In this document: positions 48,658 to 57,742 of the stretch, one piece after another
How the letters are laid out: every line of letters begins with the position of its first letter
How positions within the stretch are numbered: position 1 is the stretch's first letter
From: an uncultured Methanosarcinales archaeon
GTDB lineage: Archaea; Nanobdellota; Nanobdellia; Woesearchaeales; GW2011-AR9
Assembly: GCA_964343575.1 (NCBI GenBank)
Contig: CAYFJV010000002.1
Location: 257,585-321,584 of the forward strand
Reading direction: 5' to 3'
Length of the DNA stretch: 64,000 nucleotides
Made by a program: the position numbers and the translations under genes
Notes under the pieces: model-generated
What the model was told of the DNA's origin: nothing
Databases searched by the model: none
The model's input: the letters and a program-made list of their open reading frames with translations, nothing else

Positions 48658-49125
48658 ATGGTTCTTTTTGTCACCGTTGGAAATGGAAAATTTGAAGCCC
48701 TAGTCAAAGAGATTGATCAACTCAAGGGGTCTGGAAGGATAAAAGAAGATGTTATTGTTCAGTTGGGCCATGGAAAATATAAACCTCAACACTGCAAATG
48801 GTTTACTTTTGAGTCTCCTCTTGACCCTTATTATAAGAAGGCACGTGTAGTTATTTCTCATGGTGGCCCAGGAATTGTTTTTGAAGTACTTCGTCGCAAG
48901 AAGAAGTTGCTTGCAGTTCCAAATCGTAACAGAACAGATCCAAGGCACCAAGTAGAATATTTGCGAGCTATGGCTAAAGAGACTCCCGCTCTTCTCTATT
49001 GTGATAAGGTTTCTGATCTGCTTGGGAGATTGGGGGATCTTGAAACTCATGAGTTTGCTACATATTCTCCTTCAGAATGCCGTATGCCTGAGGTGATCCA
49101 TACTTTTTTAAGCAAAAGAAGATAA
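48658..49125 (+). CDS. Alg13/PssE-like glycosyltransferase subunit (GT28 C-terminal-like)
   Basis: LFVTVG, VQLG, VISHGGPG..FE, VPN......HQVE. Confidence 0.88.
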   Translation: MVLFVTVGNGKFEALVKEIDQLKGSGRIKEDVIVQLGHGKYKPQHCKWFTFESPLDPYYKKARVVISHGGPGIVFEVLRRKKKLLAVPNRNRTDPRHQVEYLRAMAKETPALLYCDKVSDLLGRLGDLETHEFATYSPSECRMPEVIHTFLSKRR

Positions 49126-49207
49126 CTTTTTTTGTCTGATCGCTTGCTTTTAGTTTTGTTGATCGTCCATTTGTTGTTGGTTACTAGAAGATGATCGTAG
49201 GTGTTTG

Positions 49208-50560
49208 ATGAGAAGGAAATTTTTTGGTTTTAATTTGGCTAGAGGTTTTGCAAGAGCTAGGAAGTTTGCAAGGGACTTTTTGGTGGGAGGTGAGACTCGT
49301 AAGTATCTTGTTGAAACCTTCTTTGTTTATGGGTTTATCTCTTTGAGCATCTTTTTGATAAAGATCTTAATCGCAAGGTTTTATGGTCAAGAAGCATTGG
49401 GGGTGTTTACTTATTTTTTCAGTGTGGTTAGTTTAGTTTATCTCTTTACAAGCTTTGGTCTTCCAGAAGCTTTAACTCAAGTCATTATTAAACAACCCAG
49501 CCGATTAAAGGAGGTTTTGAAATATTTTGCAGGGGGAACGGTGATTAGTTCTGTTTTCTTTCTCTTCTTGACGTATCTTGTTCTTGCTTTACCCCAATTT
49601 GATCCAGGAATTTCTTATTTCTATTGGGCTGTAGCTTTGTACATTATTGCTTATACTTTCCACTATCTGACTTATTCTATTCTTCGAGGAAGAAAAGCTT
49701 TTGTGAGTGCTTCTTTGTACTCACTTCTTAACAGAATTTTTCTTCTTGTGTTTCTTGTTGGAGCATTTTATTTTGTGCTTCCATTCTCAGTATTTCTCTT
49801 TAGTATGTCTGGAGCATTGTTTATCGCTTCAGTTGCCGCACTTCCCTCAATTTGGAAGCGTTCTGTGAGAAAACAGGGAAAAAATGAACTTGTAGGGGGA
49901 GATAATTCTTCCTTCTCTTTTCTTAGCCCAAAAGCAAAGGCCTTTTTTTACCTGGCTTTCTCCTTGTTCTTGATGCAAGTAAGTTTCTATTCTTTGCGTT
50001 TTATAGATGCCTTAACTATCAAGTATCTTGTTGATTTTGCTCAACTTGGACTTTATTCTGCATATTCTTCAGTAACTAATCTTATTCGTTTGCTTGGTTA
50101 TGTTTTTCCTATGGTAGTAGTGCCCATGGCAGCAGTAAACCATTACAAATTGCGTGAATCTCTTCGTCGGATACTTTATCTTTTGTTTCCTTTTGTCTCT
50201 TTGGTGCTTTTAGCAGCTTACATTGCTGTTCCTCTTCTCTATGGTTCAGAGTATCAGGGGGGCTATCTCCCCGTAGTGTTGGTTTTAAGTTCGACTTTGC
50301 TTATTATTTATTCTTACTTTAACTCCATCTTTGTTGGAGAAAACACTTTCTCTAGAGAGTACCTTTGGATATTAGGAATTGATACGCTTCTTTCTCTTGT
50401 ACTTAACAGCTTTCTTAACATTCTTTTTATCACTTGGTGGGGGATTATTGGAGCTCCAATTGCAACAGCCCTTACTATCTGTCTAAAGATTGCTCTGAAC
50501 GTTTATGGAATTAAGAAATTGCGTATGAAAAACCATGTAAAAGGAGAAAAGGTGCTTTAG
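49208..50560 (+). CDS. Wzx-type polysaccharide flippase
   Basis: ARFYGQEALG, FGLP, LGLYS, LNILFI..WGIIGAPIAT; many TM segments. Confidence 0.82.
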   Translation: MRRKFFGFNLARGFARARKFARDFLVGGETRKYLVETFFVYGFISLSIFLIKILIARFYGQEALGVFTYFFSVVSLVYLFTSFGLPEALTQVIIKQPSRLKEVLKYFAGGTVISSVFFLFLTYLVLALPQFDPGISYFYWAVALYIIAYTFHYLTYSILRGRKAFVSASLYSLLNRIFLLVFLVGAFYFVLPFSVFLFSMSGALFIASVAALPSIWKRSVRKQGKNELVGGDNSSFSFLSPKAKAFFYLAFSLFLMQVSFYSLRFIDALTIKYLVDFAQLGLYSAYSSVTNLIRLLGYVFPMVVVPMAAVNHYKLRESLRRILYLLFPFVSLVLLAAYIAVPLLYGSEYQGGYLPVVLVLSSTLLIIYSYFNSIFVGENTFSREYLWILGIDTLLSLVLNSFLNILFITWWGIIGAPIATALTICLKIALNVYGIKKLRMKNHVKGEKVL

Positions 50561-50856
50561 GGGAAGATCTTTTCGTTTTTTTCTAAGTCGTAGATTTCCA
50601 TGATTGCAACCGGACAAACTTGGGCCGACTCAAGAAATTTTTCTAATTGTGTTTCATCAAAGACAAGTTCTTCTACTTCTTCAGTTTTCTTAGCATCTGG
50701 TGAGCGTAAAGTTGCAATACTGGTCTCTTTGTCAAAAAACCATTCTTCTGGAACAGCAGCCTCACAGGCCCCGGCACCAATACATTCACTCTTTTTGTAG
50801 ATTAATTTGTATAATTTACCCTGTTTATTTTTTTCCTGCTCACTTTGCTCGATCAT
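50557..50856 (-). CDS. Monocluster ferredoxin (likely 3Fe-4S)
   Basis: CIGAGAC...AQVCPV.I pattern (second Cys replaced by Ala). Confidence 0.82.
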   Translation of the reverse strand: MIEQSEQEKNKQGKLYKLIYKKSECIGAGACEAAVPEEWFFDKETSIATLRSPDAKKTEEVEELVFDETQLEKFLESAQVCPVAIMEIYDLEKNEKIFP

Positions 50857-50912
50857 AGTGGACCTTAAAGTGAAGAAAAGATTAAAAAGGTATTGGCTCT
50901 GTAAGAGAGAAT

Positions 50913-52727
50913 ATGGGGCCTACTGACGTTCAAGAAAACTCCTCTGAAGCTATTGTTCCTCAACCATCTGCTAAAGTTGGGCAGAAAGCTGAGCAGAAGA
51001 CTGAGCAAAGCATTGGTAGTAAAAAAGTTCTTGATACTCTCGTTGTTCTTCAAGAAAAGGCAACTAAGGGCAAATATGAAGCATCTGAGGTTGATGATAA
51101 GCCAGATCTTTCTTCTTACCCTCGCCGTTTTAAACGGATTTTATTTGTAGTAACTAATGTTTCTGCAGCCTATGGGAAAGCGCTTAATCCTCATCTTGGA
51201 ATTGCTATGTTGATGGCTTATCTAGATCGAGAGGGTTTTGAGACCGCAGTGATCGATATGCAACTTGGTCATACTGTTGATGATGTGGTTGCAAAGGCCA
51301 AGGATTTTGATGCCGATTTGATTGGGGTTACCATGTTTAGTTTTGATTTTATTCGTACTTACGATGTTATTAAAGATATCAAGCAGAAGACAGGACTTCC
51401 TATTGTTTTGGGTGGAGCGCATATCTCAACTGTGAAGTCGGAAGCGCTAGAGAAGACTGGAGCGGAGTTTGGGGTTACACGAGATGGAGAGATTCCTTTG
51501 CTCCTTCTTTGTTCAGGATATCCTCTTGAGAAAATTAAGAGCCTTCTTTGGAGAAGAGGATGGAAAAAAGAAGGAAAAGGTGGAGAAGGGAAGAGAGAAG
51601 AGAAAGGGGAAGTGAGTGGAAGAGAGATTGTTGAAAACCAAATTAGAAAGCTTAACTGGAAACTTGATGATTTACCTTTCCCTGCTTATGAAAAATTTGA
51701 GTTGGAGAAATATATCCATTTTATTGATAAGCGCCTTCCTATAGAAACCTCTCGGGGTTGCCCTTACAGTTGTACTTTTTGTGATGTGAAAGTAAGTATG
51801 GGTCAAGCGTTTCGTCCTCGAAGTCCAGAACATATTCTGGCCGAAATTAAGTATTGGTATGATAAAGGATTTCGTTTCTTTGAGTTTGTTGATGATGTCT
51901 TTACTATGAATATTCCACGAGCAAAGAAGGTTTGTCAGATGATTATTGATAGTGGAATGAAATTTGATTGGAACTGTGCAAATGGAATTCGAGCAGATAG
52001 AGTTGATGAAGAACTCTTGGTGCTTATGAAAAAAGCAGGTTGTGTTTTTGTCTCTTATGGTTTAGAGACAGGGAATCCTGAGATTTTGAAATCTATCAAA
52101 AAGGCAATTACTCTCAAGAAAATTGAGGAGACTTCTGCACTCACCAAGAAAGTTGGTTTAAAACATGCTGTGAACTTTATTGTTGGGCACCCAGAAGAGA
52201 CTTATGAGAGAGCCATGGATTCGGTTCGTTTTGCAAAGAAGATTTTGAAAACTGCAGATTATGCAATGTTCTCGAACATGATTCCTTACCCTGGAACTGA
52301 TGTCTATAAGTGGATTAGGGCGCAAGAGAAAGTTGGTAAAGCCAAGTTTTTACGTCAACCTGAAGAATATTTGAAAGATACCACTACGAAGATTGGACAA
52401 CCAGTTTATGAAACTCCTGAGTTCACTTATGAAGAGCGAGTGAAAGCTCTTGAGAAAGGAAGGGCAGTGTTTAACAAGTCCTTTTTACAGTATCGCTTTG
52501 GAAAAAAGCTTGGTCTTCTTATTTATTTGACCTGTAGGGATAATGATCGTTACATTAAACTTCGAGGGATTGCTATGGGAACTCGGCTTGGGAAACATCT
52601 TTACAATGCAATCCGTAAGAATTATTCTGTGCACAAGCAAGACAAGGGAGTACTTCCTGGAACTCAAGTTGGAATATTGGCTGAGACGGAAAAAGATCTG
52701 GAGAGTATGGATCTTAAGAAAGCTTGA
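50913..52727 (+). CDS. B12-binding-domain radical SAM enzyme (class B type)
   Basis: PHLGIAML, IVLGGAHIS, ETSRGCPYSCTFC, FVDDVF, GLETG, FIVGHP.ET, PYPGT. Confidence 0.9.
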   Translation: MGPTDVQENSSEAIVPQPSAKVGQKAEQKTEQSIGSKKVLDTLVVLQEKATKGKYEASEVDDKPDLSSYPRRFKRILFVVTNVSAAYGKALNPHLGIAMLMAYLDREGFETAVIDMQLGHTVDDVVAKAKDFDADLIGVTMFSFDFIRTYDVIKDIKQKTGLPIVLGGAHISTVKSEALEKTGAEFGVTRDGEIPLLLLCSGYPLEKIKSLLWRRGWKKEGKGGEGKREEKGEVSGREIVENQIRKLNWKLDDLPFPAYEKFELEKYIHFIDKRLPIETSRGCPYSCTFCDVKVSMGQAFRPRSPEHILAEIKYWYDKGFRFFEFVDDVFTMNIPRAKKVCQMIIDSGMKFDWNCANGIRADRVDEELLVLMKKAGCVFVSYGLETGNPEILKSIKKAITLKKIEETSALTKKVGLKHAVNFIVGHPEETYERAMDSVRFAKKILKTADYAMFSNMIPYPGTDVYKWIRAQEKVGKAKFLRQPEEYLKDTTTKIGQPVYETPEFTYEERVKALEKGRAVFNKSFLQYRFGKKLGLLIYLTCRDNDRYIKLRGIAMGTRLGKHLYNAIRKNYSVHKQDKGVLPGTQVGILAETEKDLESMDLKKA

Positions 52728-52747
52728 GGGCCTGATGTTGGATATGT

Positions 52748-52981
52748 TTAAAGCTTAATAACTTTACAGAGTTCTTCAATGATTTTCTTTTTCTTTTCAT
52801 CATCCCAGATATCTTCTTCGATTTGTGGGAATTGGGGAAGGATTTGTAGAATTGCCTTTCTAGTTCTTCCAGTAAAATCTGCTTCTGGATGTTCTCCTCT
52901 GGACTCCAGCTCTTGCATGAGGTCGGTTACTAAAATGGGTAAAACCATCTCCATTGTTGCTTCAGCATCACTTAAAGGCAT
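52748..52981 (-). CDS. Small hypothetical protein
   Basis: 77-aa ORF filling the gap; TATA 24 nt upstream. Confidence 0.6.
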   Translation of the reverse strand: MPLSDAEATMEMVLPILVTDLMQELESRGEHPEADFTGRTRKAILQILPQFPQIEEDIWDDEKKKKIIEELCKVIKL

Positions 52982-53034
52982 AGCACTTCTTACCCTTCAT
53001 AATCTTTATATAGCTTTCTCCTGGATTCTCACTC

Positions 53035-53736
53035 ATGCGTTATGAGAAACTCTACTCTGGAGAGCACCTTAAAGAGATAAATCCAAGATGGACTTATAAG
53101 AAGTGGTCTTACCGCCTTACTTTTGAAGCGAAGATGAATTTTGTTTTGAGAGAGCTTCGTAAACTTCCTAAGGATGCACGCATCCTTGATGCTGGCTGTG
53201 GTCAGGGCCTTCTGGTGGAGCATTTGCATAGGAAGGGTTATGATGTTACAGGAATTGATGCTTTTTACGGTAATGATTTGGTGAAGAAAGCAGACATTAT
53301 GAAAAGCGGTTTTGCTGATGAGAGCTTTGATGTTATTTTGTGTTTAGATGTTATCGAACATTTCCAATTTCATGAGCAAGAAGACCTTATTAAGGAGTTG
53401 ACCCGTTTGCTTTCTAAGAGAGGAAAAATTATTTGGAGCATACCTAACATGGCGCATTTGAGCTCTCGCTTTGCTTTTATGTTCTTGGGTCGTTTGATTC
53501 GCACTGCAAAAGTAGAGTACCATCCTGGAGACCGTCCAATTTGGGAGTATTATCGCATGCTTGAGAAACATCAGCGTGTTGTTAGAAGGAAAGGACTTGG
53601 TGCAACCATTCCTGTTTTGTACCAGTTGACTCAGTTGTGGCCACACTATTTCTCTTGGCTCTATAAAATTCTGAGCGTGTTTACCTTTATGCCTAACTGG
53701 TGCTTTAATGTAATTGTTATTGGAAGGAAGAGATAG
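53035..53736 (+). CDS. Class I SAM-dependent methyltransferase
   Basis: ILDAGCGQG, GID, FDVILCLDVIEH, SIPN. Confidence 0.88.
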   Translation: MRYEKLYSGEHLKEINPRWTYKKWSYRLTFEAKMNFVLRELRKLPKDARILDAGCGQGLLVEHLHRKGYDVTGIDAFYGNDLVKKADIMKSGFADESFDVILCLDVIEHFQFHEQEDLIKELTRLLSKRGKIIWSIPNMAHLSSRFAFMFLGRLIRTAKVEYHPGDRPIWEYYRMLEKHQRVVRRKGLGATIPVLYQLTQLWPHYFSWLYKILSVFTFMPNWCFNVIVIGRKR

Positions 53737-53738
53737 GT

Positions 53739-54056
53739 TTAGAACAAGGGAAGAACCTTATTTATGGAGTATGAATAGAGAAATAGTGTGAGTAACCACA
53801 GGAGAAACCTTCCTATGTTCACAAAAAAAACTCTTTTCTTAGAATGATATCTTGGGTGAGCGGGTAAGGCTTTGTTAAGATGCAGTTGAACCCTCAGAAT
53901 TCCACCAAAGATTAATGTAATAACTCCAATTCTGATTCCCAGATCATATCTTGAAATAACTGAGAATATGGTTGCAAAGGCACCAACAAAGAGGAAAATA
54001 TTGTTTAGGGAAATTTTTTCTAATATCTCTGAAATGTTGTCTACTTTGAGAACCAT
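53739..54056 (-). CDS. Small membrane protein, unknown function
   Basis: Three hydrophobic segments; CATAAGTTATAAA promoter at 54080-54092 (-). Confidence 0.6.
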   Translation of the reverse strand: MVLKVDNISEILEKISLNNIFLFVGAFATIFSVISRYDLGIRIGVITLIFGGILRVQLHLNKALPAHPRYHSKKRVFFVNIGRFLLWLLTLFLYSYSINKVLPLF

Positions 54057-54123
54057 GAGTTTGTGTTGTTAACTCCTTATTTATAACTTATGAGAAAAAT
54101 AAAAAAAATAGTTTGTTTTACAT

Positions 54124-56985
54124 CTAATTCACATCGAAGAAGAAGTCTGGAAGTAATTCATTTCCTCCAAGGTAGAGCGCCTCTGTTTCTGCATCAACCG
54201 TGAAACCCTCTGGATAGTTAATCTCCCAGATTTTATGTGGGCCAATAATTCTTCCCTGATAGATTGCTAGAGGTGTTTGGTCGTCATTGTAAACTGAGAT
54301 GAAAGCAGAGGTATCGTAGCGAGGATTATTTTGTTCAAAGATGTATAAGTTTGTCCATAAGGCATTTACTCCCTCCTCAGAAACGTAGAGTCCAGATCCG
54401 AGCGGGTTGTTCAAAGAACCATCTCCATTGAGTACAGGCATAATTCTTAGACAGCCACCTAAGCCTTCCTCCTCAAACCACATCATTTCTCCTTGATAGT
54501 ACACACATTCTAGGGGGACGTCAACTCTTTGTCCATTATAGAAGAGCGCAGCGGTTGGTTGTCCAAAGGCAATGTTTGCTTGCTCGCCTTCTCCAAAGGT
54601 TGTGATTGGTAAAAGAATACCTCCAATACCAGCTTGTTGTCTTGGGAAAACTTTTCCTTCCCAAGTGAAATCGTCATCCAATGCATAACTTCCTGTGAAG
54701 GTAAGCAGTGTGCCGTCCCTTGTTTCAGTAGTTTGTCCGGGATCCATATGGAAGCTTGTGATCCAACTATATCTATCATAGTTTTGGTCAGATCCAATGC
54801 TTGAATAAGCTCCATACTTTGGAATTTCATCTGAGACTATGAGGAAATGGGTCCCCTGGTGTACTTTAAGGAACTCTAAGGCTTCTTCTTGAGTTTGCCC
54901 AGTAAGCACATGTCTTCCCATAAGATAGTTCCAATATTTGATACTGTTTGCTCCATCTAAGATGGTTGCAGCCCCAAAGCCATTTTGTACCCAATAGCCG
55001 TAATCCCACCAGTGCCCAAAAACTGCGTTTTCAGGAAGGTTTTCTCTTGCCCAGGCTCCAGTGTTTTGCCACTGAGCACTATAGCCTGGTCCGGTGAAAC
55101 TTGCTTGGTTAAGGCTTGTCTCATGAAAGTGTGGAATTACTCCCTGGAAGGGACTTGCAAGGGGGCTGAGCAGAAGAAGAGCGATTGCCCCAATTGCGAT
55201 ATAACGATAAGATTGATTCTTGATTTTGAGGCTTGTTTGCGTAAGCCACACTGTAAAGTAACTTGCTACTACTGCCGATATTGGCGCAAAGATGAAAAAA
55301 AGTCTGTTTGCACCACGGGCAGCAACAACCATGATCACAAACCAGATGAGTACAAAGACGTATTTTTTGTCCCAACTCATAATTTGCTCAAGGTTTTGTT
55401 GGTCTTTGTAGTAAGCGCTGAGATAAGTGTATGTGATATATCCTGCAAAAAGTGCTAAACTTCCAAGGTATGCTGTTTTGGAGAGGGTGCTTGTACCATT
55501 CCAAGTTGCGCTTGATGCTGAGTAACGGCTCATAGTAAACAAGAAGATGAAAGCTGCGTAGGCAGCGGTGAGTTTCCATTTTTGTTTGTTTTCTTGCACC
55601 ATCACGTAAAAGAGAAGAACGGAGCCAAACATGAAAAAAAGCAGGTATGTTGGAACTCCATTAAAACTTCCACTCGCCATAAACTGTGGTCCGAACTGCC
55701 CAATCCAATCGGTGAAATAAGGTTGGTGCTGTTCTGCTACGGTGAGCTCCCAACGATCGTTTCCGAGAGGGTGAAGAAGCGTATCCTCAACTTCGCTAAT
55801 TTGCTGAACAATGTTTGCTGGTCCAAGGAGAGCTAGTGCAAAGACAAGTCCAAGGACTAGGCTCATTGAAAGACTTGTTAGGTTAGCTGGAAGTTTTTTT
55901 GTAAGACTATTGGTAGTTATTCTCTTTTTTATTTTGAGATAGTCTTTTCTGAAAACAGTTAGATCAACCAAGAGGATGAAAGCAACTAAAAAGGCAATCC
56001 CTGTTGTAAGAGAACCGATGAGAGCAGATAAACTGTATTTTGGGATCCAAAGTACAGTGATTGGGATGATTGGTAAGAACCATGCAAAGTAATTGTAGAT
56101 GTCTCTCTCTTTGATCTTGTTGAAGAAGAATTCTGCTAGGGTGAAGAGACTAATCATTAAGATAAGGAACTTCCATCCCCCCCAACCAAGACCCATAAGC
56201 CCAGTGAAGGTTCCTGCAGCTAAGCTCCAAGCAAGACTCTTTTGGTTTCCTTTCTTTGTTTCTTTCTCTTTCCAGCCTTTGACGAAACAAAAAAGAGCCA
56301 TAAACATAAGCATAACTCCAAGGGCTTCGTGGTCAGCAAAACCGGCCATGGTTCTCTGAAGGAAAGCAGGAATGACACTCAAAAAAAGTGTTGCGAGAAG
56401 GGCAACCTTTACATCAAAGAGTTCTCTGACTAATAAGTAGAAGAAGATGAGAGCGATTGCAAAGCAAACAACAGGATAGATTATGTCCGCGTAACCGATG
56501 GTTACTTCTGGGTTAAAAAAATGAAGTACTTTGTAAAAGGAAGCGATAAAAGAGCTTACAAAAAGATATTTGGCAGTGGCAATTCCTTCTGGAACAAAAC
56601 GAGTCATATCTTGGGCTGCAAGAGAACCAGTCTCCACGATTTCTTTGGCGTACTTGAAGAAAAGATGTGGGTCAAGAGCTAAAGGGATATAATCTCCAGT
56701 TGTTGCATCTTTGAGAAAGTTGAGGTTTCTTGTTCTGATAAATGTTCCAATGTAGATAATGATTCCAAGTAAGATGTATTGGATCCAATGTTTTCTTTTT
56801 TCTACTGCGGCAAGAAAGGCTTCCTGCTCGCTTTGCTTTTTGGTATGATTTTCATGTGAGTTGTCTGCAGCTTCCTTACTTTCACTCTTCTCTTCATTTT
56901 TTGTTTCTTTCTTGCCTGAAAAAACTTTCTTCAATGAAGCGAGTGTTTGCTCTCTCTTTTCCTGATGTTGCTCTTCTTGTGTCAT
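54124..56985 (-). CDS. aglB: Oligosaccharyltransferase AglB (STT3 family)
   Basis: LDP, RTMAGFADHE, TVAEQ (TIXE-like), HWWDYGYW, DGAN; large multi-TM N-domain plus soluble C-domain. Confidence 0.93.
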   Translation of the reverse strand: MTQEEQHQEKREQTLASLKKVFSGKKETKNEEKSESKEAADNSHENHTKKQSEQEAFLAAVEKRKHWIQYILLGIIIYIGTFIRTRNLNFLKDATTGDYIPLALDPHLFFKYAKEIVETGSLAAQDMTRFVPEGIATAKYLFVSSFIASFYKVLHFFNPEVTIGYADIIYPVVCFAIALIFFYLLVRELFDVKVALLATLFLSVIPAFLQRTMAGFADHEALGVMLMFMALFCFVKGWKEKETKKGNQKSLAWSLAAGTFTGLMGLGWGGWKFLILMISLFTLAEFFFNKIKERDIYNYFAWFLPIIPITVLWIPKYSLSALIGSLTTGIAFLVAFILLVDLTVFRKDYLKIKKRITTNSLTKKLPANLTSLSMSLVLGLVFALALLGPANIVQQISEVEDTLLHPLGNDRWELTVAEQHQPYFTDWIGQFGPQFMASGSFNGVPTYLLFFMFGSVLLFYVMVQENKQKWKLTAAYAAFIFLFTMSRYSASSATWNGTSTLSKTAYLGSLALFAGYITYTYLSAYYKDQQNLEQIMSWDKKYVFVLIWFVIMVVAARGANRLFFIFAPISAVVASYFTVWLTQTSLKIKNQSYRYIAIGAIALLLLSPLASPFQGVIPHFHETSLNQASFTGPGYSAQWQNTGAWARENLPENAVFGHWWDYGYWVQNGFGAATILDGANSIKYWNYLMGRHVLTGQTQEEALEFLKVHQGTHFLIVSDEIPKYGAYSSIGSDQNYDRYSWITSFHMDPGQTTETRDGTLLTFTGSYALDDDFTWEGKVFPRQQAGIGGILLPITTFGEGEQANIAFGQPTAALFYNGQRVDVPLECVYYQGEMMWFEEEGLGGCLRIMPVLNGDGSLNNPLGSGLYVSEEGVNALWTNLYIFEQNNPRYDTSAFISVYNDDQTPLAIYQGRIIGPHKIWEINYPEGFTVDAETEALYLGGNELLPDFFFDVN

Positions 56986-57051
56986 TAATAATCCCTCAAA
57001 ACTCTTCTTTTCTTACTCTCTATTTACTCTTTTTCTACTCTGAATCTTGAA

Positions 57052-57660
57052 CTAAGTCATTACTCCTAGAAATGCGTAAGTAAAACGTTCACGTAGTTGG
57101 ACAATTTCCTCTTCTGAACTTCCTTCGAGAAGAACACAACTTCCTTGCTTGCCTACTTCTAGTTCTTCTGCATAACTAAGAATCAATCCCGTGTCTTGTT
57201 CACAATCAATAATTGGAATATCTGGACAAGCTTCTTCATGTGTACAAGCATCCTGGGTCCTTTTTCCAAAGTTTGTTAGAGTTCCTGCAAGAAGATTCAA
57301 CTGCTCTTGTGTGCTCTCATTATCGCTTGGGTCATAGGCAAGATAGATTTTCTCGGAAAGAAAGACCTCTGAGAGATCTGTATTGAAAGTGATATATTCT
57401 AACTCCTGCGGAAGGTATTGAAAGGAGTAGCCTTGCTCTAAACCTTGATCGCCAAAACTGAGTAACTTTTGGTAACCAAGATCGTAGAAGGTAAAACCAT
57501 TGTAACTTATCGTTTCATAGCTAGATTCATAATTTTGATTTGTTGCTCCATGCAGAGCCCCAATGCCTACAAAACCAACGATGCTCAGAACCATGGTCAC
57601 ACTGATGAATATGGCCATAAGCTTTTTGCTATCTGGCCTTTTGAATCTTTTCTTAGCCAT
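57052..57660 (-). CDS. Hypothetical membrane-anchored protein
   Basis: MAKKRFK + one TM + extracellular domain with four Cys; directly upstream of aglB. Confidence 0.7.
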   Translation of the reverse strand: MAKKRFKRPDSKKLMAIFISVTMVLSIVGFVGIGALHGATNQNYESSYETISYNGFTFYDLGYQKLLSFGDQGLEQGYSFQYLPQELEYITFNTDLSEVFLSEKIYLAYDPSDNESTQEQLNLLAGTLTNFGKRTQDACTHEEACPDIPIIDCEQDTGLILSYAEELEVGKQGSCVLLEGSSEEEIVQLRERFTYAFLGVMT

Positions 57661-57742
57661 TTGTTGTCTTTTGACGTTTTTTTGTATATAAAGCTTTTTG
57701 TAGTCGATAACTCTGGGAAAGAAGGACTTTTCTAGAATGTTC

